The notes under the pieces were generated by a model. It worked only from the letters and a program-made list of their open reading frames with translations, made no database searches and had not been told where the DNA came from. The translations under genes and the position numbers were made by a program. A stretch of DNA of 64,000 nt from a virus. The stretch covers positions 5,146 to 69,145 of IMG/VR virus record IMGVR_UViG_3300026116_000005; one strand, given 5' to 3'. Shown here in pieces: positions 1 through 8,590 of the stretch; positions within the stretch are counted from its first letter, which is position 1, and each line of letters opens with the position of its first letter.

Positions 1-314
1 GTTTTGGACACCGAGGTCGCGCCCTGAAGGAGCACCTGATTTCTCGGTGGGATAAATTCAAAGATGTCCCGCGTATACTGCGGCCTCACATCGAAGAGAT
101 CGACCGACCAAAGAAGGCGCGCGGCGAAAAGATAGTTATCGCTATCGAGGAAGCCCTGAAGGAGCGCCCGGAGGATCATGTCGGCTTGTGAGGGATCGGT
201 GATCGTCCCTTCCGCTCCAGAGAGCTTAAGCGTCAGATTTGCCGCTGAGACCAGCTCATCTGGCGTGCGGTCGCCGATGGCGGTGAAGATCAGTCCAACG
301 TCACTTAGCTGCAT
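1..314 (-). CDS. terL: Terminase large subunit, N-terminal part (runs off the window)
   Basis: Not in the ORF track. Manual translation from ATG at 314 gives MQLSDVGL...RNQVLLQGATSVSKT, ending in a Walker-A-like motif. It overlaps the upstream ORF and is open to the window edge; the portal lies at the other edge on the same strand. Confidence 0.7.
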   Translation of the reverse strand, partial: MQLSDVGLIFTAIGDRTPDELVSAANLTLKLSGAEGTITDPSQADMILRALLQGFLDSDNYLFAARLLWSVDLFDVRPQYTRDIFEFIPPRNQVLLQGATSVSK

Positions 315-828
315 TTTTCACGGCGGCTGCGGAAGCCACTTTACTTAAGATGTCGGTCATCGTCGCGCCGGTTTGCCCGCCGCCTAAGATCACATTTCCA
401 ATGTTGGTCTGGTTATTCTGCACATTCTGTGGGGACGGAAGCTCCGGGATTGGCTTCTCTTTATCGACCACATCGCCGTGCGCGCGGTATGTGACCTGTG
501 TGACCTTCTCCAAGGCCTGACTTGTTTCGAGGAGGTCTTTGGGCGTCAGCTTCTCGCCGGTTATCGTGCCATCGAGATAGAGGTCGACTTGCTTCTCGAT
601 CAGATTTCTCAGCTTCGAGGCGACAATAATGTTTTCCAGCCGGTTGTCTTTGGCTGATGCAGCGACGTGCGAGAGACGCGCCCCTTTGCCCACACCGTCA
701 CGGATCGTGATGACCTCGACGTAGCGCCGCCGGTTGAGCCTGCGAAGCATCTTTGGTTTTTGCGGAGCTGGCAGCGCCAGGTTTTTTGGGAGCGGATCAC
801 GCTCGCCGCTCGTAACGGAGTCTTCCAT
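301..828 (-). CDS. Putative terminase small subunit
   Basis: 175 aa helical protein directly upstream of and overlapping TerL, with a Q/N-rich tail (QNNQTNIGNV) typical of TerS. Confidence 0.45.
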   Translation of the reverse strand: MEDSVTSGERDPLPKNLALPAPQKPKMLRRLNRRRYVEVITIRDGVGKGARLSHVAASAKDNRLENIIVASKLRNLIEKQVDLYLDGTITGEKLTPKDLLETSQALEKVTQVTYRAHGDVVDKEKPIPELPSPQNVQNNQTNIGNVILGGGQTGATMTDILSKVASAAAVKNAAK

Positions 829-829
829 G

Positions 830-1129
830 TTATTTGCGAGGTCTAATCGTTCGGTAAATTATCACCGATCCGCCCGCCATGCCGATAAAAAATAACGGCA
901 TGATGCGCCATGAGATCATGTGGGCAGCGGAGAAGTAGAGGGAAATGATAAGCGACATCCAAATCCCCATGCAGTAAAAGCACTCTACCAGCTCATCGAG
1001 CTGGCTGTCCTGTGGGAAGATGTTGCGGATTTTCTCGAATATGTGGAAGGGGCCGCGATCTATTGTCACCATTTCCGCGAGGCGAAAAACGGCTATCGCA
1101 CCGGCTATGAAGAGGAAGAAGAGGTACAT
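830..1129 (-). CDS. DUF1360-like membrane protein
   Basis: AVFRLAEMV..D.GPF..F.KIR and ELVECFYCMGIW motifs, 3 hydrophobic segments. Confidence 0.65.
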   Translation of the reverse strand: MYLFFLFIAGAIAVFRLAEMVTIDRGPFHIFEKIRNIFPQDSQLDELVECFYCMGIWMSLIISLYFSAAHMISWRIMPLFFIGMAGGSVIIYRTIRPRK

Positions 1130-1185
1130 TTAATTTTCGGGAATATATCTTGATTTGTACGCACAGCTAACCAGAGATCGGCAGC

Positions 1186-1353
1186 GTGGCAAAGACATAC
1201 CGCTTTCACGCGCGGCTCGACCCCAATCTGATCGCCCAAGTTGTGCCCCAGCTTAAGAGGAAAGAAACCATGACCTCATTTGTTGAGCAGGCCATGGCAC
1301 GCCTAGCGCACGAGCGGAAAGAATCCAAGACTCGCAAACGTCAAAACGCATGA
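1186..1353 (+). CDS. Small ribbon-helix-helix-like DNA-binding protein (55 aa)
   Basis: Manual ORF from GTG: MAKTYRFHARLDPNLIAQV...ETMTSFVEQAMAR; ATGA overlap with the next gene. Confidence 0.5.
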   Translation: MAKTYRFHARLDPNLIAQVVPQLKRKETMTSFVEQAMARLAHERKESKTRKRQNA

Positions 1354-1670
1354 GCCGTCTCTCTGCTAAAATCCTCGCTGTCGAGGAAGCTGAAAAGTCG
1401 TTCATTGAATACATTGACAGATACACTGAACTTTCACAAGAGGAGAAGGCCTCGCTTCTTGAAGCGATAAAAAAGGGCGCGCTCTCCTACTATTCGCCAG
1501 GTATGGTTTGGAGCAAAGCTCTTGGCGACGGGAAACCCGTGCTCGATGGAGTTAAAGACGGTATTTGGCGGCTGATGTGCCACTGGCGTGAACTCGAAGC
1601 TGTCGAGTCTGCGGCGCTCCATGAATGGGAAATTTTATGCGGAACCACCACATATCCTACGAAGTGTTAG
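1350..1670 (+). CDS. Hypothetical protein
   Basis: Coupled ORF with protein-like composition. Confidence 0.5.
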   Translation: MSRLSAKILAVEEAEKSFIEYIDRYTELSQEEKASLLEAIKKGALSYYSPGMVWSKALGDGKPVLDGVKDGIWRLMCHWRELEAVESAALHEWEILCGTTTYPTKC

Positions 1671-2020
1671 CCAAGGGCTTTGAAGGCCCAAGGGAAGAGC
1701 GGTTCTACTGCTCTGGCCCGGTCATCGCTCTCAACGAATTTCATCGGCTAGTTCAGGGAAACCGCGAGATCGCCAGCGACCGCAAGACCGTGCTTCGGCC
1801 CAAGCTGAAGCCAACAGAGTACAGAATACTTCGCGTATACGAAAAGTATCTCGATGCGGAGGGGAATGCGGTCTGCTCGGACTTCGATCTCCCGAACACC
1901 GCCAATCCCGACATCATCGAGAGCCGCCAGGAGCTTTGGGCGGCGCGCAAGGCGGAGAAAAATCCCGCCAACTTCTTCGGCTTTTACGAAGAGGCGAAGA
2001 GCGAGAAACCCGGCCAATAA
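1625..2020 (+). CDS. Hypothetical protein (start may be 1637)
   Basis: Protein-like ORF ending at a hairpin. Confidence 0.55.
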   Translation: MGNFMRNHHISYEVLAKGFEGPREERFYCSGPVIALNEFHRLVQGNREIASDRKTVLRPKLKPTEYRILRVYEKYLDAEGNAVCSDFDLPNTANPDIIESRQELWAARKAEKNPANFFGFYEEAKSEKPGQ

Positions 2021-2047
2021 AAACCCCACCCCCGCTAAAGGGTGGGG
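2016..2047 (-). terminator. Intrinsic terminator between convergent genes
   Basis: CCCCACCC/GGGTGGGG stem followed by a T tract on the minus strand. Confidence 0.65.
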
Positions 2048-2102
2048 AAACAAATGAATGCCTCTAAACGCTGGAGGAGATTTGTTTGGTTTTTACAATC
2101 TG

Positions 2103-2528
2103 TCAAGAGAGGTCTTGAGGCCTCGGGAGTGCTATGGCCTTACCAGTCGTAAGATCGAGCTGAACCATGGAGCACGCCGATTTAAGGACGCGCATGCGGT
2201 CTGCTTCTTCTACGGATTGAAGCGCGGCCACAATCTGATTGAAGGCGCGCATTTCGGTAACGCTTTTCGTTTGAGGGCCACGGCGACGTTTCGCCGGAGC
2301 CGGGTTTTCTGGAGTAGTTTGATTTTCAGGCATAAATCTTTGGTTGGCGCAGGCGCGTGAACAAAACATACGCCTGCGAAAATGGCTGATAGATTCGATT
2401 GATTTTGGGTAGGTATGACGGAACAGAGGCTTGCCGCATTTACGGCAGCCTGGGGCCACAGTGGGCGGCAGGTTAAAGCACTCGAAGTCAGGCTGCGTCT
2501 CCACCTTGATGAAGGTTAGGACCAACAA
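2103..2528 (-). CDS. Hypothetical Zn-finger protein (start uncertain)
   Basis: CRKC and FCSRAC motifs. Confidence 0.4.
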   Translation of the reverse strand: MLVLTFIKVETQPDFECFNLPPTVAPGCRKCGKPLFRHTYPKSIESISHFRRRMFCSRACANQRFMPENQTTPENPAPAKRRRGPQTKSVTEMRAFNQIVAALQSVEEADRMRVLKSACSMVQLDLTTGKAIALPRPQDLS

Positions 2529-2886
2529 GAATAGAAGGAGGGCGAGGAGCTTCGACGCCGACCTGGCGAAACAAATGAAGGACGTGCGGATGTAGGTTCA
2601 CGTAGTCGGACCTCGGCGGATGGAACTGAAGGACCGTTTCCTCTTCGTCCCAAAAGAGATTTTTGAGCCAGCACATTTCTTCCCATGTCGGGCAGCGCTC
2701 TTTCTTTCCTGCGAGGGTTCGCATGGAAACGTGCTCCCATCCGCTTTGCTCTCCATCGTCGGCAACGATAATAAATTTCTCGTTGCCGTGAGATATATAA
2801 AACGCACCAAAACGATCTCCAGCCTTGCTATCGAGTGGAGGCCTTGTGCGACGAAAGCGTTCTAGGTGAGTCCAGTCGGCTTTCAT
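2488..2886 (-). CDS. Conserved phage protein (DUF7694-like)
   Basis: WEHVS..., RCPTWEEMC..K.LFW, QFHPP..DYVN.HP..LHL signature. Confidence 0.7.
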   Translation of the reverse strand: MKADWTHLERFRRTRPPLDSKAGDRFGAFYISHGNEKFIIVADDGEQSGWEHVSMRTLAGKKERCPTWEEMCWLKNLFWDEEETVLQFHPPRSDYVNLHPHVLHLFRQVGVEAPRPPSILVGPNLHQGGDAA

Positions 2887-3368
2887 TTTTTCTCAAACTT
2901 TTTGTGAATCCAGTCTTTCTCGGAGTGCATCATGGCGTAGGTCATTTTCTCGCTATCGCCTTTTACTATAAGGAAATCAGCGCAACCCATTTCCGACATA
3001 TTCATGAGCGACATTTCTATGCCTAGATCGCGAAGATTTTTCTCCCATTTAGAACCTACCTCGATCTCCGGGCCATGCATGACGGCGTGCCGCCACATTT
3101 TACGATCCTCGCCTCCCCATGGGTCTGTGTTAGCGCCTCCGTAGGTACGAACGCGAAATATCAAGTGCCATGTCTCCGGCTCTCCGTCATAACGCCAGAG
3201 CTGAGATAAAATATCTCCGCCGTACTTGGTGATGGCTCCTGGCCTTGTATATACAAATCCGAGGCCATAGTAATACCGGCCTGGCACAGAGACCATACAG
3301 TTATAGTTCGCAGGAAGAGCTGCCATTTCTTCCGGCGTCATATCCAGAATACTTTTTTCAGTCTTCAT
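2883..3368 (-). CDS. Hypothetical protein
   Basis: Coupled ORF in operon. Confidence 0.55.
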   Translation of the reverse strand: MKTEKSILDMTPEEMAALPANYNCMVSVPGRYYYGLGFVYTRPGAITKYGGDILSQLWRYDGEPETWHLIFRVRTYGGANTDPWGGEDRKMWRHAVMHGPEIEVGSKWEKNLRDLGIEMSLMNMSEMGCADFLIVKGDSEKMTYAMMHSEKDWIHKKFEKK

Positions 3369-3720
3369 TGTTAATCTCTTTTATGGCAGACTTAACAAAG
3401 TCCGATACCGACATGCCTTTCTTCCATGCGAGGTAATTAGCGGAGAACCGAGTGTGGGTCATGTCGATGATCTCTTCGCCTCGACCGAGGAGGAAATTTT
3501 GCCACGGCTCAAAATTCCCATTGGCAACGTCGGCCTTTACCTTCTGAAAAAGATGAATCAGCCCGTCAATATCCGCAATAGTTCTATGTTTTAGAATTTC
3601 GTCGGTTACGACCTGCTCACTCTCTTTTTCCACCCTTTCCTTATCCTCGGTGCTCATGGCCGAGATTTGCTTACTCAAGATTTCGCCGAGTGTCTTATTG
3701 TTATTCACGAGGGATTTCAT
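3358..3720 (-). CDS. Hypothetical protein
   Basis: Coupled ORF in operon. Confidence 0.5.
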   Translation of the reverse strand: MKSLVNNNKTLGEILSKQISAMSTEDKERVEKESEQVVTDEILKHRTIADIDGLIHLFQKVKADVANGNFEPWQNFLLGRGEEIIDMTHTRFSANYLAWKKGMSVSDFVKSAIKEINNED

Positions 3721-4138
3721 TGGAAGTCCTGAGCATAAGGACGGGCGTTTTAGTTTTAATCCACAGCTCGGCCTCTTTGAAGTGCTTCGCGGGAACGTTT
3801 TCTAGGGCCTCTCCTACCGTTTTGGCTGGATAGAGACGGCCTTTCTTCGAGGCGTTGTAGTCATAGACCGCGCGGAAGATTCGGTCCTGAGTTGTCGCGG
3901 GGCTCTCGTTATCTGGAATCTGAAGCACCCAGCCCGAGAAGTCCGCTTTCTTGGGAAGCTTTTCATCGGAGTCTGAGATCAAGATGACGAACTGCTTTTT
4001 CAGCGCGGGCGGCTTCTCTTCTTCGGCCTCCGCCTGCGTAAGCATATTCATCTCCTCGACAACTTGCCGAAGTAGCTTTGGTTCGAGCTGATTTTTCTTC
4101 AGGATTTCAGCGACCTTATTAACCTCGATCTTAGGCAT
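3701..4138 (-). CDS. Hypothetical protein
   Basis: Coupled ORF, 145 aa, protein-like composition. Confidence 0.6.
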   Translation of the reverse strand: MPKIEVNKVAEILKKNQLEPKLLRQVVEEMNMLTQAEAEEEKPPALKKQFVILISDSDEKLPKKADFSGWVLQIPDNESPATTQDRIFRAVYDYNASKKGRLYPAKTVGEALENVPAKHFKEAELWIKTKTPVLMLRTSNEIPRE

Positions 4139-4304
4139 TTTCTTTCGCGTCTAAGGTTTTCTCTAGGACGCGAATCGCCTTGGCCACGACCTCTCCTTGA
4201 GAGTTCACGCCGAGGCGCGTGCGAAGCTTTTTGATTTTTGCCTTCACCATATTGGGGAGCTGGCAGTTGAACTGATTTGGATTCTGGACTTGTTTAGCTG
4301 TCAT
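4131..4304 (-). CDS. Small RHH/CopG-like protein (57 aa)
   Basis: Manual ORF: QFNCQLPNMVKAKIKKLRTRLGVNSQGEVVAKAI (strand-helix-helix pattern). Confidence 0.5.
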   Translation of the reverse strand: MTAKQVQNPNQFNCQLPNMVKAKIKKLRTRLGVNSQGEVVAKAIRVLEKTLDAKENA

Positions 4305-4328
4305 GTCTTTGGGTTTATAGTTTATGAC

Positions 4329-4685
4329 TCAGTAAGCTTTTCCATGAAGACGCTCGCGCGTCGCGTTGAACTTCATCTTCGCAACCAGGGCTTCGGCCAC
4401 GCGGTAATTGTGACCTCCAGCCAGGTCCATAATTCTGACGATCACATCAGCCAGCTCGGCCTCGATGCCAGAGAACTCAGGCACCTTATCGTCGGGTGGA
4501 TTGCCGTGCCGGGATGCTTCCAACGCCTCCGAAAGCTCGGAGTGCATGAGAGCAATCGCCTCGCCTTCGTTGCGAGGCTTATCCCAAAATCCCTTTTCCA
4601 CTGCGTTTTGGTGCGCCTTTTTCTGGATCGCGTTGAAAGCAATAATGAAGGCCTCTTCGGCTGTCGTTTGATCGGGTGATGACAT
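4329..4685 (-). CDS. MazG-like NTP pyrophosphohydrolase
   Basis: ALMHSELSEALEA...AELADVIVRIMD...KM.FN..R...HGK.Y motifs. Confidence 0.85.
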   Translation of the reverse strand: MSSPDQTTAEEAFIIAFNAIQKKAHQNAVEKGFWDKPRNEGEAIALMHSELSEALEASRHGNPPDDKVPEFSGIEAELADVIVRIMDLAGGHNYRVAEALVAKMKFNATRERLHGKAY

Positions 4686-4686
4686 T

Positions 4687-4917
4687 TTAACGGATTAACG
4701 GTTGTGGGTATCGACGTATCAGGATTTCCAATACATCATCAGGAGAAAGTGATTCGTGGGCATAGACAGCCCATCTTCCTAACGGGGTGAAATAGTACCT
4801 CTCGCGGATCACGTTTTTACCACCAGCTTCAAACAGCTCGGTGGCGTGTTGGCCATCAGGGATGCGAATCCTTCGGCCATCGTGTGTGCCTCCCACAAAG
4901 AGGGTAAGATTTTCCAT
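4687..4917 (-). CDS. Hypothetical protein
   Basis: LFVGG..DG motif common in small phage proteins. Confidence 0.5.
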   Translation of the reverse strand: MENLTLFVGGTHDGRRIRIPDGQHATELFEAGGKNVIRERYYFTPLGRWAVYAHESLSPDDVLEILIRRYPQPLIR

Positions 4918-4922
4918 AAATG

Positions 4923-4957
4923 GCTCCGCGCGCCGGTTAGGGCGGGACGCGCGGAGC
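4923..4957 (-). terminator. GC-rich hairpin after the AAA gene (weak terminator or processing site)
   Basis: GCTCCGCGCG/CGCGCGGAGC 10-bp stem with a short T tail. Confidence 0.4.
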
Positions 4958-4992
4958 ACGCTTCAAAACGGGCAGGCTCTTAACCTTTGCAG

Positions 4993-6444
4993 TCAGATGC
5001 CAAGACGATTGGCAATTTGTTCGCCCTGGATTTTCAGTGGGTCCAGGTTGTATTCGCGCAGCGCGTTGATATGGCCGAGTAATTTCTCATCTGGCGTCTC
5101 AGGGCGCGTATTGAGAAGCTGGACGTGCTTTGCGACCGACTGCGCGGCAAGAAGAAGATCGTCGGCAGTCACTTTGCCAATGATGTTCGCACTCCCTGTG
5201 CGATGGATCGCGTATCGCTTAGCCTTGCTCACGGCCTCGCAGATGAAGGCAGGAACCAGGCCAGCAAGAGCTTCCCCGACCTTGGTGAGGTCTTCGCCCT
5301 GCTTCAAATTTTCGCCGCCGTAAACGCGAACAAATTCCATCGCGGTGTCGGCTTCCGGGGCGGCAAAAGTGATAACCGAGTCGATACGGCCAGCGCGCAG
5401 GAAAGATGGCTCGATGTCGTCAGGCTTGTTGGTCGTGAGGATCGTAATGATCGGAGCGTCCTTCGTGTCCACGCCGTCAATCGTATTGAGGAGATCGTTC
5501 ATATCCTCGTCACGCTCGCTCACCACGGTGTCGATGTCCTCAGCGAAGATCACCGCTGGAGCGTACATCTTGGCCAGGCGAAGGCCTTCGGCGAGTTGGT
5601 TGGCGCGCTTCAGATAGATGAACGTCCAGCCGTTATCGACCGACTTTTTCGCGATGCACTTTGCCGTCATCGTCTTGCCCACGCCGAACGTGCCTTTGAG
5701 GAGAGCACCATGCTTGATAGGAATGCCATTCTTTCGGCATTCTTCCGTGTGCTCGATCAGCATGAAAATGGAGGTCTCCAGCTCGAATTTTGTGATCTTG
5801 TTAAGGATTAGGTTCGTATTGCTTAACTCCATGAATTTCGGGGCGTCGCTCACTGGATCGAAGCCCTCATCCTCAAGGAGCCATTCAAGGTCAACCTGGA
5901 TTGCTTGCCCGCGATAGATCGACTTTGCTCGCAGCAATTCTTTCGTGCGCTCGATCACGGTCTGAACTTCCCGCTCAAACATGCGGCGCACTTCGCCGTT
6001 AATCACGATGGCAGCAGAACTAAATTCAGCGCGGAGCCATCCGCCTTCCCACTTAGGAGGCATCATTTGGCCGTAGGGCGCAGACTCGATGCCGGTGGGT
6101 GTCGCTACTTCAATGAAGACCGGCGGAGCGGACTCGCGGCCAAATAAACCCTCCTTAAAATTCTGGAGATCGGTGAAACCATAGATTTCACGGAAGGCGC
6201 GAGAGAGGGCAATGAGTCCGTCCAGCGGATAGCACTCAATTGTGCTGTGGATTTTAACAACTGTCATCTCCGCCTTTTCTTGGCGGTCAATCCACACCTT
6301 CGCGTCCTTATAGGTCATCCCCTCAGGGAGAAGGATTTTGTCGCCCTGATGAATAACCGGAACGGGCTCCTTCAAGTTTTCTTGGGCAGTCATCACTTCG
6401 TTAATCAGTTTGCCGACAGCCATAGCAGCGTTTTGAACAGGCAT
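4993..6444 (-). CDS. Classical-clade AAA+ ATPase
   Basis: Walker A GTFGVGKT, Walker B IFAED, sensor TTN, SRH FLRAGRID; A-rich leader before MPVQN. Confidence 0.85.
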   Translation of the reverse strand: MPVQNAAMAVGKLINEVMTAQENLKEPVPVIHQGDKILLPEGMTYKDAKVWIDRQEKAEMTVVKIHSTIECYPLDGLIALSRAFREIYGFTDLQNFKEGLFGRESAPPVFIEVATPTGIESAPYGQMMPPKWEGGWLRAEFSSAAIVINGEVRRMFEREVQTVIERTKELLRAKSIYRGQAIQVDLEWLLEDEGFDPVSDAPKFMELSNTNLILNKITKFELETSIFMLIEHTEECRKNGIPIKHGALLKGTFGVGKTMTAKCIAKKSVDNGWTFIYLKRANQLAEGLRLAKMYAPAVIFAEDIDTVVSERDEDMNDLLNTIDGVDTKDAPIITILTTNKPDDIEPSFLRAGRIDSVITFAAPEADTAMEFVRVYGGENLKQGEDLTKVGEALAGLVPAFICEAVSKAKRYAIHRTGSANIIGKVTADDLLLAAQSVAKHVQLLNTRPETPDEKLLGHINALREYNLDPLKIQGEQIANRLGI

Positions 6445-6559
6445 TTTGTTTTTTGGGTTATGTTTTGTGTGGGGACTACGCCCCAGGAAATCTAGCGAGG
6501 TCGCAAGAAAAGTCATCGAACTAATGTGCTGTCCAGACTTTTCTATAAAAAACTATAAT

Positions 6560-6796
6560 TTAAGGAAAGAGCGAAGAGGTGATCGCAGCCACTAGAGCTA
6601 TAAGACCGATGAAGTAAAAAACATTGACCGTGTACGCCAGGGCAACCGTTGACTTCACTCTGTCTTCCGGCTCGCCCCCAAGGTCGACCACCAGGCCCAC
6701 GCATGGCAGTGGGAAGAATTGAAGGCGCTTGATGCTCGGGTTCCAGCGGACACCGATAAAGCAGTGTGAGAGGGAGAATATAAACCAGGCTTTCAT
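6560..6796 (-). CDS. Hypothetical membrane protein
   Basis: C-terminal TM segment; A-rich leader. Confidence 0.45.
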   Translation of the reverse strand: MKAWFIFSLSHCFIGVRWNPSIKRLQFFPLPCVGLVVDLGGEPEDRVKSTVALAYTVNVFYFIGLIALVAAITSSLFP

Positions 6797-6862
6797 TTTG
6801 TTTGGTTGTTTTGGGTATTCGCGGTTGCGGTTGGTGGCTCGCCTGCTCTACCGTTGCAGACG

Positions 6863-7294
6863 ATGAAAGATCAAACCTGGCGTCAGCATTTCGGGTCGCT
6901 GGATCGCCCGGTCACTACCCGAGACCTGTTAATTGTCGCCGAGCTTTTGTTCTCGGCTATAGAAGAAGCGAAGACACATATCATGGCATCCATTGACGAT
7001 CTGATTAGCGAAGTGAATGACGAGACCACCGTGACTGATAGCGTGGTGACTCTCTTGAACAACATTGAGACTCAACTAAAGAACGCGCTGGCGAACTCCG
7101 TACCGCCAGCCGTTGCTCAGAAAATCGACCAGGCCTTTGCGACCTTGAAGGCCAACAAGCAGAAGCTCGCCGATGCGATCACGGCTAACACCCCAGTCGA
7201 TAATGGCGGCGGAGACCAAAATACCGACACGGAGTCGGGCGGTGTTGACGGCGGCGACGCTGGTGATACTGGTTCGTCTAACGCTTCGGCGTAA
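6863..7294 (+). CDS. Counter-oriented coiled-coil phage protein (start 6863 or 6983)
   Basis: MASIDDL..EV..ETTV.DSV..LL..I..QL...A.KQKLADAITANTP pattern; own promoter-like element and terminator. Confidence 0.6.
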   Translation: MKDQTWRQHFGSLDRPVTTRDLLIVAELLFSAIEEAKTHIMASIDDLISEVNDETTVTDSVVTLLNNIETQLKNALANSVPPAVAQKIDQAFATLKANKQKLADAITANTPVDNGGGDQNTDTESGGVDGGDAGDTGSSNASA

Positions 7295-7311
7295 TTGGTT
7301 TCCAAGGGTCA

Positions 7312-7351
7312 AAAGGCGCAGGTGGGTTATCCCGCTTGCGCCTTTCTTTTT
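7312..7351. terminator. Bidirectional intrinsic terminator
   Basis: AAAGGCGCAGGTGG/CCGCTTGCGCCTTT stem with T tracts on both strands, between convergent genes. Confidence 0.75.
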
Positions 7352-7664
7352 ATTCAGTCGATTTCTTTTGGTAGCAAGCAGTGGCGTCAAAGAGATGCCA
7401 AACCCCTGCGTGGTGCGTGGCGACGGTGGCGTTGTATTCGGCGAATTTATATTCGGGAGGCAGGCCTACACCAGTGGGCATCACGAGATAGTGTTTATTC
7501 ATGGTTGCTGGCACCTCGGTTTCCACGAGCATCCACGCCACAAGCGTATCACCCTCGACTCCCGCTGTCATAAACATGGATTCATTCGGGACGGCCAGCT
7601 CCATGATGAGCGGGGGCGGATTTACGGTTAGAGAGCAGATAGGGTATTTGTAAACGATCCTCAT
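7350..7664 (-). CDS. Conserved phage protein (DUF7352-like)
   Basis: MRIVYKYP..., AWMLVE, PTG, VWHLF pattern. Confidence 0.55.
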   Translation of the reverse strand: MRIVYKYPICSLTVNPPPLIMELAVPNESMFMTAGVEGDTLVAWMLVETEVPATMNKHYLVMPTGVGLPPEYKFAEYNATVATHHAGVWHLFDATACYQKKSTE

Positions 7665-7831
7665 TCCTTGGGCTCCTCTAGTTTCTTTTTGAAGCGAAGT
7701 AGCGACTCGAAAACTTCGGGATCGAGACAAATCCGATTCCTGGGATCGTCTGGATAGCCATTGTTCGTCGTGAGGACGATGTGATAGCCGTCGAAATCCG
7801 CGTAAACGGAATCTCCAAGATACTCAGGCAT
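7661..7831 (-). CDS. Small conserved phage protein (56 aa)
   Basis: Manual ORF MPEYLGDSVYADFDGYHIVLTTNNG...ICLDPEVF; ATGA coupling. Confidence 0.65.
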   Translation of the reverse strand: MPEYLGDSVYADFDGYHIVLTTNNGYPDDPRNRICLDPEVFESLLRFKKKLEEPKE

Positions 7832-7835
7832 GTAT

Positions 7836-8009
7836 TTATTTTTTGGATACTTTACTTGGGGCCTTCTTCACAAGGCCCTGCTGGATGAAAACGTGTTCGA
7901 TGGCCTCTCCCTGCGAATAGCGGCGCAGGTTGGACTTCATCAGCGTGTGCTGAATCTCCGTGAGAGCAGCATAAACGTTATCATGGATTTGAACCGTGAT
8001 CTTTTTCAT
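7836..8009 (-). CDS. Small RHH-like protein
   Basis: MKKITVQIHDNVYAAL...YSQGEAI. Confidence 0.45.
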   Translation of the reverse strand: MKKITVQIHDNVYAALTEIQHTLMKSNLRRYSQGEAIEHVFIQQGLVKKAPSKVSKK

Positions 8010-8203
8010 AAAATGAAAGGCGCTGCCGAAGCAGGGCGTTCTCCGCCTCAAGCTCGAAGACTTCATTGAACTCCGCGAGTTCAAGCGCGTCATGCAGCGC
8101 ACTCTCGGCCTGAAGGATGTTGCGGGCGTACTCCCGAGTCGCTGACGTGTAACTCCCGTGACCCGCCGCCACAGCGTTCAGCCATGGATCGCTGATGCAG
8201 TCA

Positions 8204-8590
8204 TCAAACTTCACCCTTTGGAGAACTCTCAGCAGAAACCGGACTATGTGCCGGAATCTTTTCGGCTCTATCGAGAAGATCGAAGGCATCTCTCTCTGAG
8301 AGGAATTTCTTTGGAGTGCAACCAAACGGGCACCGCATTCCTTTGACAGCTCCGAAGAGGCGGCAGATGAGGGGCCTGTCTTGATAGATTGAGCAGCGTC
8401 CATGAGAGAGCTTATCGCAAACAAGGCCCATCGCCTCAGGCGGTGAGCCGTGTTTTTCGGTTATGATTTTTTCTTCGATTGGTGAGCAAGGGATAATGCT
8501 GCAATTCTGGTAGCACAATCCCTTGCAGTTGACTTCGGGCACCTGTTTATAGATGGCCCGAAGTTTTTCAATGGGTTGCGCGGAAGACAT
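8204..8590 (-). CDS. YkgJ/CxxCxxCC-like Zn/Fe-chelating protein
   Basis: CKGLCYQNC, CDKL..GRCSIYQDRPLICRLFG motifs. Confidence 0.75.
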   Translation of the reverse strand: MSSAQPIEKLRAIYKQVPEVNCKGLCYQNCSIIPCSPIEEKIITEKHGSPPEAMGLVCDKLSHGRCSIYQDRPLICRLFGAVKGMRCPFGCTPKKFLSERDAFDLLDRAEKIPAHSPVSAESSPKGEV

